A DNA stretch of 64,000 bases, taken from Candidatus Aenigmatarchaeota archaeon (GTDB taxonomy: Archaea; Aenigmatarchaeota; Aenigmatarchaeia; CG10238-14; SCSR01). The notes under the pieces were generated by a model, which ran no database searches, was not told where the DNA came from, and saw only the letters and a list, made by a program, of their open reading frames with translations. The stretch lies in contig JAVZHQ010000001.1 of the NCBI GenBank assembly GCA_038998335.1, forward strand, positions 128,001 to 192,000, written 5' to 3'. A program made the position numbers and the translations under genes. This document shows positions 1 through 10,017 of the stretch, one piece after another. The number at the start of each line of letters is the position of its first letter. Position 1 is the first letter of the stretch.

Positions 1-7
1 GGAGGAG

Positions 8-1330
8 ATGATAAGTGAAGGTTTCGTAGATGAGATAATCTTAGATCCCAGTGTTCTAAAACCTGGCGAAAATACTCTTTTTATAAACATGAGTAAGCCT
101 GATAGTTACCATTCTCATATCCATCCAGGTTTTAGGTTAGACGTTTGTTACGAGACAAGAGAGTCTGAAATTGAATGGGATGGTGATAAAATTGTGAAAA
201 GATATTATTTTGATAATGTTATAGGTCATCCAACTGCTTGGAGTTTTGTTTCCTTTGGTATACCTATTGGAGCAAAAGATATTGAAATTACTGGTTATTT
301 ACTAGTAAAAAATATTAACTATTACACCAAGTTAGCTTTATCGAATATGAATAACCCGAATTATGTTTTATTTGAGAAAGAAACTAAAAAAGAAAGAGGA
401 TTAGAGGAATACGACAGAGAATTCTTCATAAATAATCCAAGTTGGGCGATACCACAACTTCCCCCAGCTGCTCAAGAAAAAATAACTTTAGACCCAAGTA
501 AAATTGATATAGGTAGGACAAATATAATTTCTATCTATCTTGACACAAAAACTACCGATGATGTTTATATAGACACATTTAACGAAATAGAAGATAAAGC
601 TGAAATAGTTGAAGGAATAATAGAAATAAAATATAAACCACCTTCCTCTCCGTACGGTTATATAGATTTAACTAGAATACTTCCTTCCTCTCAAGGTGTT
701 GAAGAAACAGTTACTATTACTTTTCCTCTGAATTTTACTCCTCCCTATGAGATTGTTACAGAAGCGAACGCACACTTTGTTGCAAGCTATAGCTGGAGAG
801 TTAATTATAGTGTTAATTCTAAGCAGGCATTCATTTCACCTAGCGGAAGAGTGGTCCCAACAACTGTTTTTATTCCAGTAGAGTTTTTAAACACTTCTGG
901 GTTAAACACCGTTTTTATGGAAGACTTGGCAAAAAATCTTGCTCATTCAGGAACCGTTTCTTACTCGTTTTTAATCAAAGATTCTGTCGAGTATGGCAAG
1001 GAATTCGAAAAGGCAAACGGTTGTACTATTAAAGTTTGGTATGATATTAATTTTGACGATTCTGCTGATAATTTCGTAGAGGTGAAAATTGGCCCTGAGC
1101 CAGATGACTTTGATCCAGACAAAGATGCTATCGATGATGCTCTAGCTAGGCTTTTAGATATTTTAAACTTTTACGGGGATAAGGGAGATTGGCCTGATAA
1201 TCCTGACGGAAGCCAAACCAATCCAATCGATATAGAAATTCCTCCAGATATAAAATTTGATTGGATATACGTGGGAGGTATAAAAAGTTTGTGGGGACCG
1301 GCAAATCTTAAAATAAAGGTTTGGACATGA
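8..1330 (+). CDS. Hypothetical protein, likely pilus-associated/surface protein (may begin upstream of the window)
   Basis: 440-aa ORF after a GGAGGAG SD-like motif; beta-rich with an acidic C-terminus; stop overlaps the next ATG; upstream of the type IV pilus genes. Confidence 0.6.
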   Translation: MISEGFVDEIILDPSVLKPGENTLFINMSKPDSYHSHIHPGFRLDVCYETRESEIEWDGDKIVKRYYFDNVIGHPTAWSFVSFGIPIGAKDIEITGYLLVKNINYYTKLALSNMNNPNYVLFEKETKKERGLEEYDREFFINNPSWAIPQLPPAAQEKITLDPSKIDIGRTNIISIYLDTKTTDDVYIDTFNEIEDKAEIVEGIIEIKYKPPSSPYGYIDLTRILPSSQGVEETVTITFPLNFTPPYEIVTEANAHFVASYSWRVNYSVNSKQAFISPSGRVVPTTVFIPVEFLNTSGLNTVFMEDLAKNLAHSGTVSYSFLIKDSVEYGKEFEKANGCTIKVWYDINFDDSADNFVEVKIGPEPDDFDPDKDAIDDALARLLDILNFYGDKGDWPDNPDGSQTNPIDIEIPPDIKFDWIYVGGIKSLWGPANLKIKVWT

Positions 1331-2352
1331 AAGGTTTAATTTATACGTTAATAACAATTTTGATAGTAGCAACAATTATAGGTATTCTTTTTATGTACGT
1401 AAATATGTCTTACTCTCTTACAAAAGATATTTCCAATAAGATTGTTTCAGATCAACTTCATTATTTTGAAAGAAATATAGAAGAAGATATAGAAAGAGCA
1501 TTGTACGCGAGTGGTAAAAGAGCCTTAGTAGCTGCTGTAAATTATGTTATAAAAAATAATACATTTTTAGACGATTCGATCAAAAGAATAAAAGAACTAA
1601 TGGAAAATGGTACCATATATAATGAGGCAGTTTTGTATATGAAGGATAATACAATAGGCAATTGGACTACTAACATTGAAAAAGTTGCAAATCAAGCTGG
1701 TTATATAATGGAGCTAGATATAAGTTCTGTTGATATAAGACCATTAGATAGTTTTAATTTAGCTTTTAAAATTAACGTAACAATAAATCTTACAGAAAGT
1801 ACTAGAAGTATAAGAATCGATAGGTTTTTTGAAAAGAGTATTATAATTTCAATAGAAAGAATAGAAGATCCTTTACCCTCTCTTAAAACTGGAAAAAAGT
1901 ATAGGAAAATCATAATTAAATGTCCATTTTCTGAACATGTGGAACAAGCAGATGGAAATTATGATTTTACAAATCTCAAAGAAGATATAAAAAACGGTTA
2001 TTATCATCCCTCTAAAGTGGGAGCAAGTTTTTTAGATAGATTAGAAGGAAGTTTAGTAACATCTAGCAAATATCAAAATCTTGCTCCATCTCCAGATACA
2101 ATTATTGGTCTTGAGTTCTTTGTCAATAGGTTAAAATTGCCTACCGATGATCCTACTTATAATCAAAAAGCGAACCAATCTGTTATAGACCATCTTTATT
2201 GGGATACACAAGCTTATAAAGGTTATTCTATAGATCATCCTGATATAAGAGATGACCCAGAAGTAAATTGGTTTAAAATCGATAAAGATCCTTTCTGTTT
2301 AGATTGTCCTCATCATACTACTTATGGAATTCCTGAAGGTTTGCTTAAGTGA
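1327..2352 (+). CDS. Pilin-like protein with class III signal peptide
   Basis: ATG at 1327 overlaps the upstream stop (ATGA); N-terminus MKG|LIYTLITILIVATIIGILF. Confidence 0.6.
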   Translation: MKGLIYTLITILIVATIIGILFMYVNMSYSLTKDISNKIVSDQLHYFERNIEEDIERALYASGKRALVAAVNYVIKNNTFLDDSIKRIKELMENGTIYNEAVLYMKDNTIGNWTTNIEKVANQAGYIMELDISSVDIRPLDSFNLAFKINVTINLTESTRSIRIDRFFEKSIIISIERIEDPLPSLKTGKKYRKIIIKCPFSEHVEQADGNYDFTNLKEDIKNGYYHPSKVGASFLDRLEGSLVTSSKYQNLAPSPDTIIGLEFFVNRLKLPTDDPTYNQKANQSVIDHLYWDTQAYKGYSIDHPDIRDDPEVNWFKIDKDPFCLDCPHHTTYGIPEGLLK

Positions 2353-2393
2353 TTTAATTTTAATTAAAAAATCAAATTAATTATTAGATAAGT

Positions 2394-3044
2394 ATGCTTA
2401 AAGTAAAGGATGTTATGTCAAAAAATGTAATTACAGTTTCTCCTGAGCAAAGCATAATGGAAGTTGTAAAGATTCTTGCAGAATCAAAAGTTTCAGGCTT
2501 GCCTGTTGTTAAAGAAGGAAAAATAGTTGGAATAATAACAGAAGCAGACATTTTGGATTTGGTAGGAAAGAAAAATTTGCTTGCTGTAGATGAAGGAGCT
2601 TTGAAAGAAAAAGGTGTGACAAAAGTAAAGGAAATAATGAAGAAAGTAGTTATAGTAGCTAATGAAGAGGATGGTTTGGATAGAGCTGTTTTGCTCATGA
2701 GCTTGTACAAAGTTAAAAGGCTTCCTGTAGTTGATAAAAAGAATAATATTGTAGGAATAATTGCTCGAGACGATATAATAAAATCTCTTGCTAAGCTCAT
2801 GGCAGAAGCAGTCCCTGAAAAAGTCTCTACTGTGGAAAAAGTTCCGAGTATGATGGAAACAGACATAGACAGAATACTTGCTGTTATAAAGGAAAAGAAA
2901 AGAGTAAAGTTTAGCGAGCTGGAAAAAATGTTTAACGTAAGCAAAGAAGTTATAGAAGAGTGGGCAAAGATTTTAGAAGATCATGGTTTAGCTGAAATTT
3001 TCTATCCTGCCATAGGTGAACCTGAACTTAGGTTGAGAAAATGA
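2394..3044 (+). CDS. CBS-pair protein with C-terminal wHTH-like domain
   Basis: Two CBS repeats (VKDVMSKNVITV...GLPVV...GIITEAD; RLPVVD...GIIARDD); coupled to the ATPase. Confidence 0.85.
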   Translation: MLKVKDVMSKNVITVSPEQSIMEVVKILAESKVSGLPVVKEGKIVGIITEADILDLVGKKNLLAVDEGALKEKGVTKVKEIMKKVVIVANEEDGLDRAVLLMSLYKVKRLPVVDKKNNIVGIIARDDIIKSLAKLMAEAVPEKVSTVEKVPSMMETDIDRILAVIKEKKRVKFSELEKMFNVSKEVIEEWAKILEDHGLAEIFYPAIGEPELRLRK

Positions 3045-6000
3045 GGATATTAGATAGCTATAAGCTTTTTGCAGAGGGTGTGCCTGCAGAAATTAACATA
3101 GTTAAAATAGAAGGAGAGTTTGTTCCTATTTATGAGGTTTCTTTGCCAAAGTTTGAGGAAGCAACCCTAGCAGTTTTGTCTGCTATAAGGGAAAGGCTAA
3201 TAACTGAAGTTGGAGTTAAAGTTCAAGAAATCCTTGACCCTAGAGTTATGGAAGATTTGAAGCAAAGGTTTTTTGCTAAATCTTTAGAGCTTATTCAAAG
3301 GCAATTGCCAAGAGTTTCTGAGGAAGAGAAAAAGATTTTGGCAGGTACTTTAGTTCATGAAATGCTAGGCTTAGGAAAGGTTGAAGTTTTGCTTAAGGAT
3401 GAAAATTTGGAAGAAATAGTTATAAACAATTCCCAAGAGCCTTTGTGGGTTTACCATAAAAAATATGGTTGGCTTAAGACTAACATAGTAATAAAAAGTG
3501 ATCTGGAAATTTACAACTATGCAAGCATGATAGGAAGGAAAGTTGGAAGACAAATAACAAGCCTTAACCCTTTAATGGATGCGCACCTAACAACAGGAGA
3601 CAGAGTTAACGCAACTTTATTTCCGATCTCAACAAAAGGAAACACTATTACGATAAGAAAGTTTGCAAGAAAGCCTTGGACTATAACTGACTTGATAAAA
3701 AACAATACAATAAATAAAGAAGTAGCTTCCTTGCTTTGGCTTGCCATTCATTATGAAATGAACATAATAGTTTCAGGAGGAACTGCTACAGGAAAAACTT
3801 CTATTCTTAACGTTTTAACAACTTTCATTCCACCAAACCATAGAATTGTTTCGATAGAGGATAGCGTCACTGGCGATTGTGAAATCCTTTTTGAAAGGAA
3901 AGGAGAAATCTTTAGAAAGGCTATTGGCGAACTAATAGATTCTTTACTCCCCGATGGTGAAGAAAAAGTTGAAAACAAAGATAACATAAAAATTTTTTCC
4001 ATGGATAAAGATGGAAAAATTAAGCTTGCTCTACCTTCCCACTTTATTAGGCATAAAGTAAAAAAGAAAGTTTTAGATATAATTTTAGCTAGCGGAAGAA
4101 AGATTTCAGTTACAGAAGATCATTCTCTTTTTGGTTTGAACGAAAACGGTGAAATAGTGCCAATTCCTGGAAAAGAAATAAAAGTTGGAAGTTTTATTGC
4201 AGTACCAAGAATACTCCCTTATGAAGGAAAAAAGAAAGTTTTTGACCTTTCCTTAGAGCTTGAGAAATTCAAAGGATGTTTTGTTGAAGTGGACAAAGAA
4301 TTTATTAGAAAAAACTTTAAAAAGCTGGTAGAATCAAAACTTTTATCAAAGCAACAAGCTTACTATTACTTAAAAAAAGGAGTTTTGAAAGCTGAAGTGC
4401 TGCAGAAGCTAAACGTTAAACCAAGAAAAGGAAAAATAAAATCTAGAAGCGGTTCTTTCTTACCTTTAAAAGTTAGCGTAAATAAAGATTTAGCATTAGT
4501 AGCTGGGCTTTGGCTTGCAGATGGCTGTTACGATAGAAATTCTGTTATTTTTTCTGTTACTGATGAGGAAAGTAAAAAAATTATTAGGAAAATTGCAAAA
4601 AGGTTTAGAATGGGTTGTAAATTGCATAGTGATAAAATTTCCTTGATGCTTAATTCAAAACTGTTTAAAACATTTTTCAAAGAAGTTTTAGGGTTAGAAG
4701 GAAATGCCTATACCAAAAGAGTTCCAAGCTGGGTTTTTGGTCTGGAAAAAGAAGAGCTAGCAGCATTTTTAAAAGGATACTTTTCAGGAGATGGTTGGGT
4801 AAGGTCAAAGGATGTTGCAGTTTCTTCTGTTTCATTCAATCTTCTAAAAGATATTCAAACACTTTTGCTAAGGTTTGGGATTCCTTTAAGAATAGGAAAA
4901 AAGTTTAAGGATAATACTTACCAAGCAACAATCTCTGGTTCAAAATTTTTAAAAACTTTCTTTTATGAAGTTGGATTTTTGCAAGAGAAAAACAACGAAA
5001 AACTTTTTAGTTTGTTGCATAAAAAAGTCCATGATGTTTCTGATGTAGTTCCTTTGCCAAAGCACTTTTATCTCAGACTTAAAAAATTGTTAAAAGAAGA
5101 GGTTGGAGTAAAGAGAAGTTATAAGGGATGGAAATCTTGGCACAGAAATTACATGAAATCTAACATAGGGAGAGAATTGTTGAAAGAAATTGTGAGTAAG
5201 ATTGCAAACGATGGTGGAAATGAAACTTTAATAAAGTTAGCTAATAACGACATCTTTTGGGACAGAGTAAAAGAAATAAAGGAAAGAGAGTTTGAAGGTT
5301 ATGTTTATGATATAAGTGTTCCAGGAAATGAAAGTTTTGTTTGTAACAATATAATAGCGCACAACACTAGGGAGATTCAGTTGCCAGATTTCTTACACTG
5401 GGTTCCTTTGACAACAAGAGAGCCGAACCCTGAAGGAAAAGGTGAAGTTTCTATGCTTGACTTGATGGTAAACGCTTTGAGAATGAGGCCTGACAGAATA
5501 ATAGTAGGAGAAATAAGAAGAGCAAGGGAAGCAGAAGTTTTGTTCGAAGCCATGCATACTGGTCATTCAGTTTATTCAACCTTGCATGCAGATACTGCTG
5601 AGCAGACTGTTAGAAGATTGGTTAATCCACCGATAAACGTGCCAGAAATGCTCTTAGAAGCTTTACATATCATACTAGCAATGCACAGAGATAGAAGAAA
5701 AGGAATAAGAAGAGTTTTTCAGCTTTCTGAAATTATTCCAAGTGAAAGGGGAGTTCAGCTCAACACTTTGTTTAGGTGGAGAGCCGATAAGGATGAAATT
5801 ATTCCTTTCAAGACAAGCATGAGAATAATGGACGACTTAAGACTTTACACAGGAATGACAGATCAAGAAATAGCTCAGGAGCTTGCTCAAAGGCAAATGG
5901 TTCTTGATTGGTTAGTTAGGCACAATATTAATACTGTCAATACTGTTGGCTTTGTTATTTCTGAGTATTATTCTGAACCGGAAAAAATAATAAGTGCAAT

Positions 6001-6061
6001 AAAAACTAATATTAGTCCAGAGAGAATACTTGGAGATTTGATGAAGGAGTTGAAAACTTGA
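3041..6061 (+). CDS. Type IV pilus assembly ATPase (PilB/FlaI/VirB11-like), intein-containing
   Basis: Walker A GGTATGKT, SIED|TRE split by the intein, LRMRPDRIIVGEIR, HTGH...TLHA. Confidence 0.95.
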   Translation: MRILDSYKLFAEGVPAEINIVKIEGEFVPIYEVSLPKFEEATLAVLSAIRERLITEVGVKVQEILDPRVMEDLKQRFFAKSLELIQRQLPRVSEEEKKILAGTLVHEMLGLGKVEVLLKDENLEEIVINNSQEPLWVYHKKYGWLKTNIVIKSDLEIYNYASMIGRKVGRQITSLNPLMDAHLTTGDRVNATLFPISTKGNTITIRKFARKPWTITDLIKNNTINKEVASLLWLAIHYEMNIIVSGGTATGKTSILNVLTTFIPPNHRIVSIEDSVTGDCEILFERKGEIFRKAIGELIDSLLPDGEEKVENKDNIKIFSMDKDGKIKLALPSHFIRHKVKKKVLDIILASGRKISVTEDHSLFGLNENGEIVPIPGKEIKVGSFIAVPRILPYEGKKKVFDLSLELEKFKGCFVEVDKEFIRKNFKKLVESKLLSKQQAYYYLKKGVLKAEVLQKLNVKPRKGKIKSRSGSFLPLKVSVNKDLALVAGLWLADGCYDRNSVIFSVTDEESKKIIRKIAKRFRMGCKLHSDKISLMLNSKLFKTFFKEVLGLEGNAYTKRVPSWVFGLEKEELAAFLKGYFSGDGWVRSKDVAVSSVSFNLLKDIQTLLLRFGIPLRIGKKFKDNTYQATISGSKFLKTFFYEVGFLQEKNNEKLFSLLHKKVHDVSDVVPLPKHFYLRLKKLLKEEVGVKRSYKGWKSWHRNYMKSNIGRELLKEIVSKIANDGGNETLIKLANNDIFWDRVKEIKEREFEGYVYDISVPGNESFVCNNIIAHNTREIQLPDFLHWVPLTTREPNPEGKGEVSMLDLMVNALRMRPDRIIVGEIRRAREAEVLFEAMHTGHSVYSTLHADTAEQTVRRLVNPPINVPEMLLEALHIILAMHRDRRKGIRRVFQLSEIIPSERGVQLNTLFRWRADKDEIIPFKTSMRIMDDLRLYTGMTDQEIAQELAQRQMVLDWLVRHNINTVNTVGFVISEYYSEPEKIISAIKTNISPERILGDLMKELKT
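3863..5365 (+). mobile_element. Intein (501 aa) with LAGLIDADG homing endonuclease
   Basis: Starts SVTGD after SIED; block B SVTEDHSLF; LAGLIDADG-like motifs VAGLWLADG and FLKGYFSGDG; ends VYDISVP...IIAHN followed by Thr. Confidence 0.95.
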
Positions 6062-6966
6062 GGATTCCGCTACTTCCTTTCAAAACAGAAGTAGCTTTGA
6101 ATTTTGCAAGGAAGTTTTTTGGAGTAAGCAAAGAAATGGCAAAGTTTTTTCCTTCTTTAAGTTATGAGCTTAAGCAAGCAAAGGTTGATTTGAACCCTAG
6201 GGAATACATTGCCCTAGCAATTTTTACCGCATTTTTTTATTTTGCTCTAATGATTTTCATAACAATTTTCTTGGGGATAATTTCTAATCCTTTAAATCCT
6301 TTAGCTGCCTTTACTCCAACTTATCTTGTTACCATGCTTTCCTTAGATATAGGAATAACTTTCTTTGTTTTTTACTATGTAATTCTTTACCCAAAAATGC
6401 TCTTGATCAAGAAAATAAGGCTTTTGGAAAGGGATTTGTTGTATGCTTTAAGACATTTGCTGATTCAAGTTAGGTCAGGAGTTACTCTTTTTAACGCTAT
6501 GGTTTCTGTTGCTGCAGGAGATTATGGTTTGGTTTCAGAAGAATTTGAAGAAGCAGTAAAGGAAATAAACGCAGGAGTTTCTGAGATAGAAGCTTTGGAA
6601 AACATGTCTTTTAGGAACCCCTCTCTCTACTTTAGAAGGGTTATTTGGCAACTAGTTAATGGAATGAGAGCAGGTTCAGACATAGCAACAACTTTAAGAG
6701 AAATAGTTAATGGCTTAGCAATAGACCAAAGAATTGAGATTAGAAGGTATGGGGCTCAACTTAATCCTATGGCTTTGATGTATTTGATGACTGCAGTTAT
6801 TATTCCAACTCTAGGAATAACTTTCATAATAATTCTTTCTTCTTTCTTTGGTCTTTCATTCCTGCCCTTAGACATTTTCTTGTACCTAATTTTGGGATTC
6901 TTGATAATCTTTCAATTCATGTTTATTGGCTTGATAAAAGTTAGGAGGCCAAGCCTGGAGGTATAA
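6058..6966 (+). CDS. Type IV pilus platform membrane protein (TadC/PilC/T2SSF-like)
   Basis: Multi-TM protein with LLYALRHL..QVRSG and YGLVSEEF...INAG; follows the ATPase. Confidence 0.85.
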   Translation: MRIPLLPFKTEVALNFARKFFGVSKEMAKFFPSLSYELKQAKVDLNPREYIALAIFTAFFYFALMIFITIFLGIISNPLNPLAAFTPTYLVTMLSLDIGITFFVFYYVILYPKMLLIKKIRLLERDLLYALRHLLIQVRSGVTLFNAMVSVAAGDYGLVSEEFEEAVKEINAGVSEIEALENMSFRNPSLYFRRVIWQLVNGMRAGSDIATTLREIVNGLAIDQRIEIRRYGAQLNPMALMYLMTAVIIPTLGITFIIILSSFFGLSFLPLDIFLYLILGFLIIFQFMFIGLIKVRRPSLEV

Positions 6967-6967
6967 G

Positions 6968-7966
6968 ATGATTAGCTTTGTTAAGATTTACAGGAAAATC
7001 GGAAGAGCGATGCCAAAAGGTTATAGAGAATATCTAGAAAGAAAGCTTGTTTGTTGTGGAATTCCAACTAGCGTTGATATTTTTATCGGCTTTACTTTAT
7101 TGCTAGAAATTTTCCTCAGCTTCATAATAAGCCTTTCACTGTTTTTAATAGGTTTTATCAATTTTCTCTACTTTATAGTTGCTTTTCTTGGTTTTCTCTG
7201 TGTTTTTGTTTTGGTTGAGCATGCTATTCTAATTCTAATAGCTGATAGGAAAGCTTCCTTTGTTGATGAAATTTTACCAGATGCCTTGCAACTAATGGCA
7301 GCAAACATTAGAGCAGGAATTACTCCTGATCGAGCTTTGCTTCTTGCTGCAAGGCCCGAGTTTGGGCCCCTAGAAATAGAAATAAAAAGAGCGGCAAAGG
7401 AAGCTTTAACAGGAAGAACCATAGAGGACGCTTTGCTTGAAATTCCTAAGAGGATTGAGTCGAAAATGCTTAACAGAGCTATAAAGCTTATAGTTGAAGG
7501 CTTGCGTTCAGGAGGAGAACTAGCTACTTTGCTTGATGAAACTGCAAACGATGCAAGACAAACTCAATCTTTAAGAAAAGAAGTTAGAGCAAATGTTGCT
7601 ATGTACGGAATGTTTATTTTATTTGCTGTAGCAATTGGTGCTCCTTTGCTTTATGCAATTTCAACTCATTTAGTAGAAATGATAATAAAAGTTAGCGCAG
7701 GAATAGAGATGCCCGAAACTTCTGCAGTAGGAGGATTAAGCATAATTAAATTTGCTGCTCCTTCTATCGATCCTCAATTTATCTTTAACTTTTCCATAGC
7801 AGCTATTATCATAACAACAACTTTTGGAGGAATAATTATTGGTTTAATAGAGGCAGGAAAGGAAAAGGCAGGAATAAAATTTGTTTTTGCTTTAATCGCA
7901 GTAGGGCTTTTGGTTTTTATTGGAGCAAGGCTTTTGCTTGCGAGCATGTTTTTCTTGCCAGCATAA
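6968..7966 (+). CDS. Type IV pilus platform membrane protein (TadC/PilC/T2SSF-like)
   Basis: LPDALQLMAANIRAG, EFGPL, GLRSGG motifs; TM helices. Confidence 0.88.
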   Translation: MISFVKIYRKIGRAMPKGYREYLERKLVCCGIPTSVDIFIGFTLLLEIFLSFIISLSLFLIGFINFLYFIVAFLGFLCVFVLVEHAILILIADRKASFVDEILPDALQLMAANIRAGITPDRALLLAARPEFGPLEIEIKRAAKEALTGRTIEDALLEIPKRIESKMLNRAIKLIVEGLRSGGELATLLDETANDARQTQSLRKEVRANVAMYGMFILFAVAIGAPLLYAISTHLVEMIIKVSAGIEMPETSAVGGLSIIKFAAPSIDPQFIFNFSIAAIIITTTFGGIIIGLIEAGKEKAGIKFVFALIAVGLLVFIGARLLLASMFFLPA

Positions 7967-8008
7967 AGCTTATATTTAAAGAAAAAGAAATTCAATTTTA
8001 GTGAGAAA

Positions 8009-8515
8009 ATGAGGAAAGGACAAACTGCTTTGGAGTATTTGATGACTTATGGATGGGCAATCCTAATAGTGATAATCGTAGTAGCTGCTTTGTATGCTCT
8101 AGGGCTAACAAAGCCTTGCAGATGGACAGGAACACAAGTAACTGTTCCAGGAGGTTTTTCAACTGATAGAGCATATATAAAAGTAACAAATCAAGATGCA
8201 GACGGTGATGGCGCAGTAGATGATAACAAATTACAGATGAAATTAACAAATGGTTTGCCTGACGCCCTAACAGATTTGGATCTTACGTTCAAAATGACAC
8301 CTTCTGGTGTGCAAACTGTAAGTAACGATTTGGTGACTTCTGCAGATCCGCTTGAATCAGGAGAAACATTAACTTTACAGGTGAACTTCTTAAATGGGTA
8401 CGTCTCTGTGGGAGATTGTTACACTATTGATATAACAGGGACCTATACATCGGGTGGGGCAACTCATGACTTTACAGCCAGAATTACAGGAGTAGTAGAG
8501 TCAGGAACAATTTAA
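8009..8515 (+). CDS. Archaeal type IV pilin
   Basis: Class III signal MRKG|QTALEYLMTYGWAILIVIIVVAAL. Confidence 0.9.
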   Translation: MRKGQTALEYLMTYGWAILIVIIVVAALYALGLTKPCRWTGTQVTVPGGFSTDRAYIKVTNQDADGDGAVDDNKLQMKLTNGLPDALTDLDLTFKMTPSGVQTVSNDLVTSADPLESGETLTLQVNFLNGYVSVGDCYTIDITGTYTSGGATHDFTARITGVVESGTI

Positions 8516-8605
8516 AACAATTAAACCTTTAATGTGAAATAATTTGCTAAATTTTTTTCTTTTTTTCTTTAAATTTATTAACCCAAAAAACTAAATTTTA
8601 TTTTA

Positions 8606-9331
8606 ATGAAGAAAAAGATGAAAAAAGTTTCTGAAAAACCAAAAGAGGAAGGAAAACCTGAAAGGGTAGAAACGGGAATTCCTGGTTTGGATAGACTAAT
8701 AGAAGGAGGTTTTGTTAAAGGCTCAGCAGTTTTGATAGCAGGAGAAACAGGAACAGGAAAAACGATTTTTTGTACTCAATACATTTGGCATGGCTTACAA
8801 AAGGGTGAAAATGTAGTTTACATAACCTTGGAAGAGCCAGCAGAAGATATAATCTCGCAAGCTTTACAGTTTGGGATGGACTTCAGGCCTTACATTCAAC
8901 AAGGAAGATGTATAATAGAGTATGTTTTTCCTAAATCTTGTGACGATTTGGATTATGAAATTTTTAAGAGGATAAAGGAAGTAAACGCTACTCGTTTTGT
9001 TCTAGATGGTTTAAGCTTAGTAGCTTTTGCAGCAAAGGCTTCTGACCCTACTGAGCTAAGGGCAAAGGTTTTCGAGCTAATAATGAGGTTAAAACAGTAT
9101 GGAGTAACAAGCTTGATAGTTGGAGAGATACCAGAAGCAACAAAAGCCTTATCGCGATTTGGTTTTGAAGAGTTTATAGTAGATGCGGTAATAGTTTTGC
9201 ATTATTTGGAATTTACAGGAGGAGGAACACCAAGAAGCTTACTTATAAGAAAGATGCGTCACACTAAGCATGGAACTGACATCTATCCCATAGAAATTAC
9301 TAATAAAGGAATTGTTGTTAAGAAAGAATAG
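8606..9331 (+). CDS. KaiC/RAD55-family ATPase (single domain)
   Basis: TGIPGLD, GETGTGKT, YITLEE, IRKMR. Confidence 0.9.
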   Translation: MKKKMKKVSEKPKEEGKPERVETGIPGLDRLIEGGFVKGSAVLIAGETGTGKTIFCTQYIWHGLQKGENVVYITLEEPAEDIISQALQFGMDFRPYIQQGRCIIEYVFPKSCDDLDYEIFKRIKEVNATRFVLDGLSLVAFAAKASDPTELRAKVFELIMRLKQYGVTSLIVGEIPEATKALSRFGFEEFIVDAVIVLHYLEFTGGGTPRSLLIRKMRHTKHGTDIYPIEITNKGIVVKKE

Positions 9332-9362
9332 TTTTTTAAAATTTATTCTTTATTTTAAAAGT

Positions 9363-9617
9363 ATGAGAAGTTTTGAGGAAATAAAGAAGGATTTGGATTA
9401 CGTGAGGAATTGGGAAAGTCTGATTTCTTCTCTTCTGGCTGGTAACATAGCTTATTCTTTGTTTAGGGAGTTTTTGGAAGGTAGAAGCGAAGCTCAGGAA
9501 AAAATAAGGTCTTTAACGCTAGATTATTTGGGCAAGATTTCTGAGCTTAGAAAAGAATATGAAAAAGAGATGGAGGAGCTTTTAAGAGGATATAAAGAAG
9601 GGAAAAAAATGGAATAA
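9363..9617 (+). CDS. Hypothetical protein
   Basis: ORF; ATG at 9363 preferred over the ATT start overlapping the ATPase. Confidence 0.55.
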   Translation: MRSFEEIKKDLDYVRNWESLISSLLAGNIAYSLFREFLEGRSEAQEKIRSLTLDYLGKISELRKEYEKEMEELLRGYKEGKKME

Positions 9618-9666
9618 TTTTGAGTTTTTTCAAGTACTTAAATACTTTTTCTTTTATTTTTTCTTT

Positions 9667-9903
9667 GTGGAAGAAGAAAAAAGATACTTAAATTTTACAA
9701 AAGTTTTGATGGAAAAATTTTTTAAAGAGGCAGAAGGAAAAGAGTACTTGGATTCTTTTATCAAAGGCTTAAAGTTCGGAATAAAGCTAGCAGAAGGAAA
9801 AGAAAAAGATTTTGCTTTTTGTTATGGAGCTATTCTAGGCTATTTATTAGGAAAAAAGAAATTTGGAGAGAATAAAAATTATGAAAATTTAAACGAAAGT
9901 TAG
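9667..9903 (+). CDS. Hypothetical protein
   Basis: 78-aa ORF with host-like composition. Confidence 0.55.
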   Translation: MEEEKRYLNFTKVLMEKFFKEAEGKEYLDSFIKGLKFGIKLAEGKEKDFAFCYGAILGYLLGKKKFGENKNYENLNES

Positions 9904-9931
9904 CATTTAAAAGTATAAATAAGGATTTTTG

Positions 9932-9947
9932 TGTTAGACGTCTAACA
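9932..9947. repeat. 16-bp palindrome TGTTAGACGTCTAACA, copy 1
   Basis: Exact copy, intergenic. Confidence 0.95.
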
Positions 9948-10017
9948 AAAAACCAACTTTCTAAAATTTCCCTAAGGGAAACAAAAAATATATATTTTTG
10001 TTTCCTATATTTCTTTT

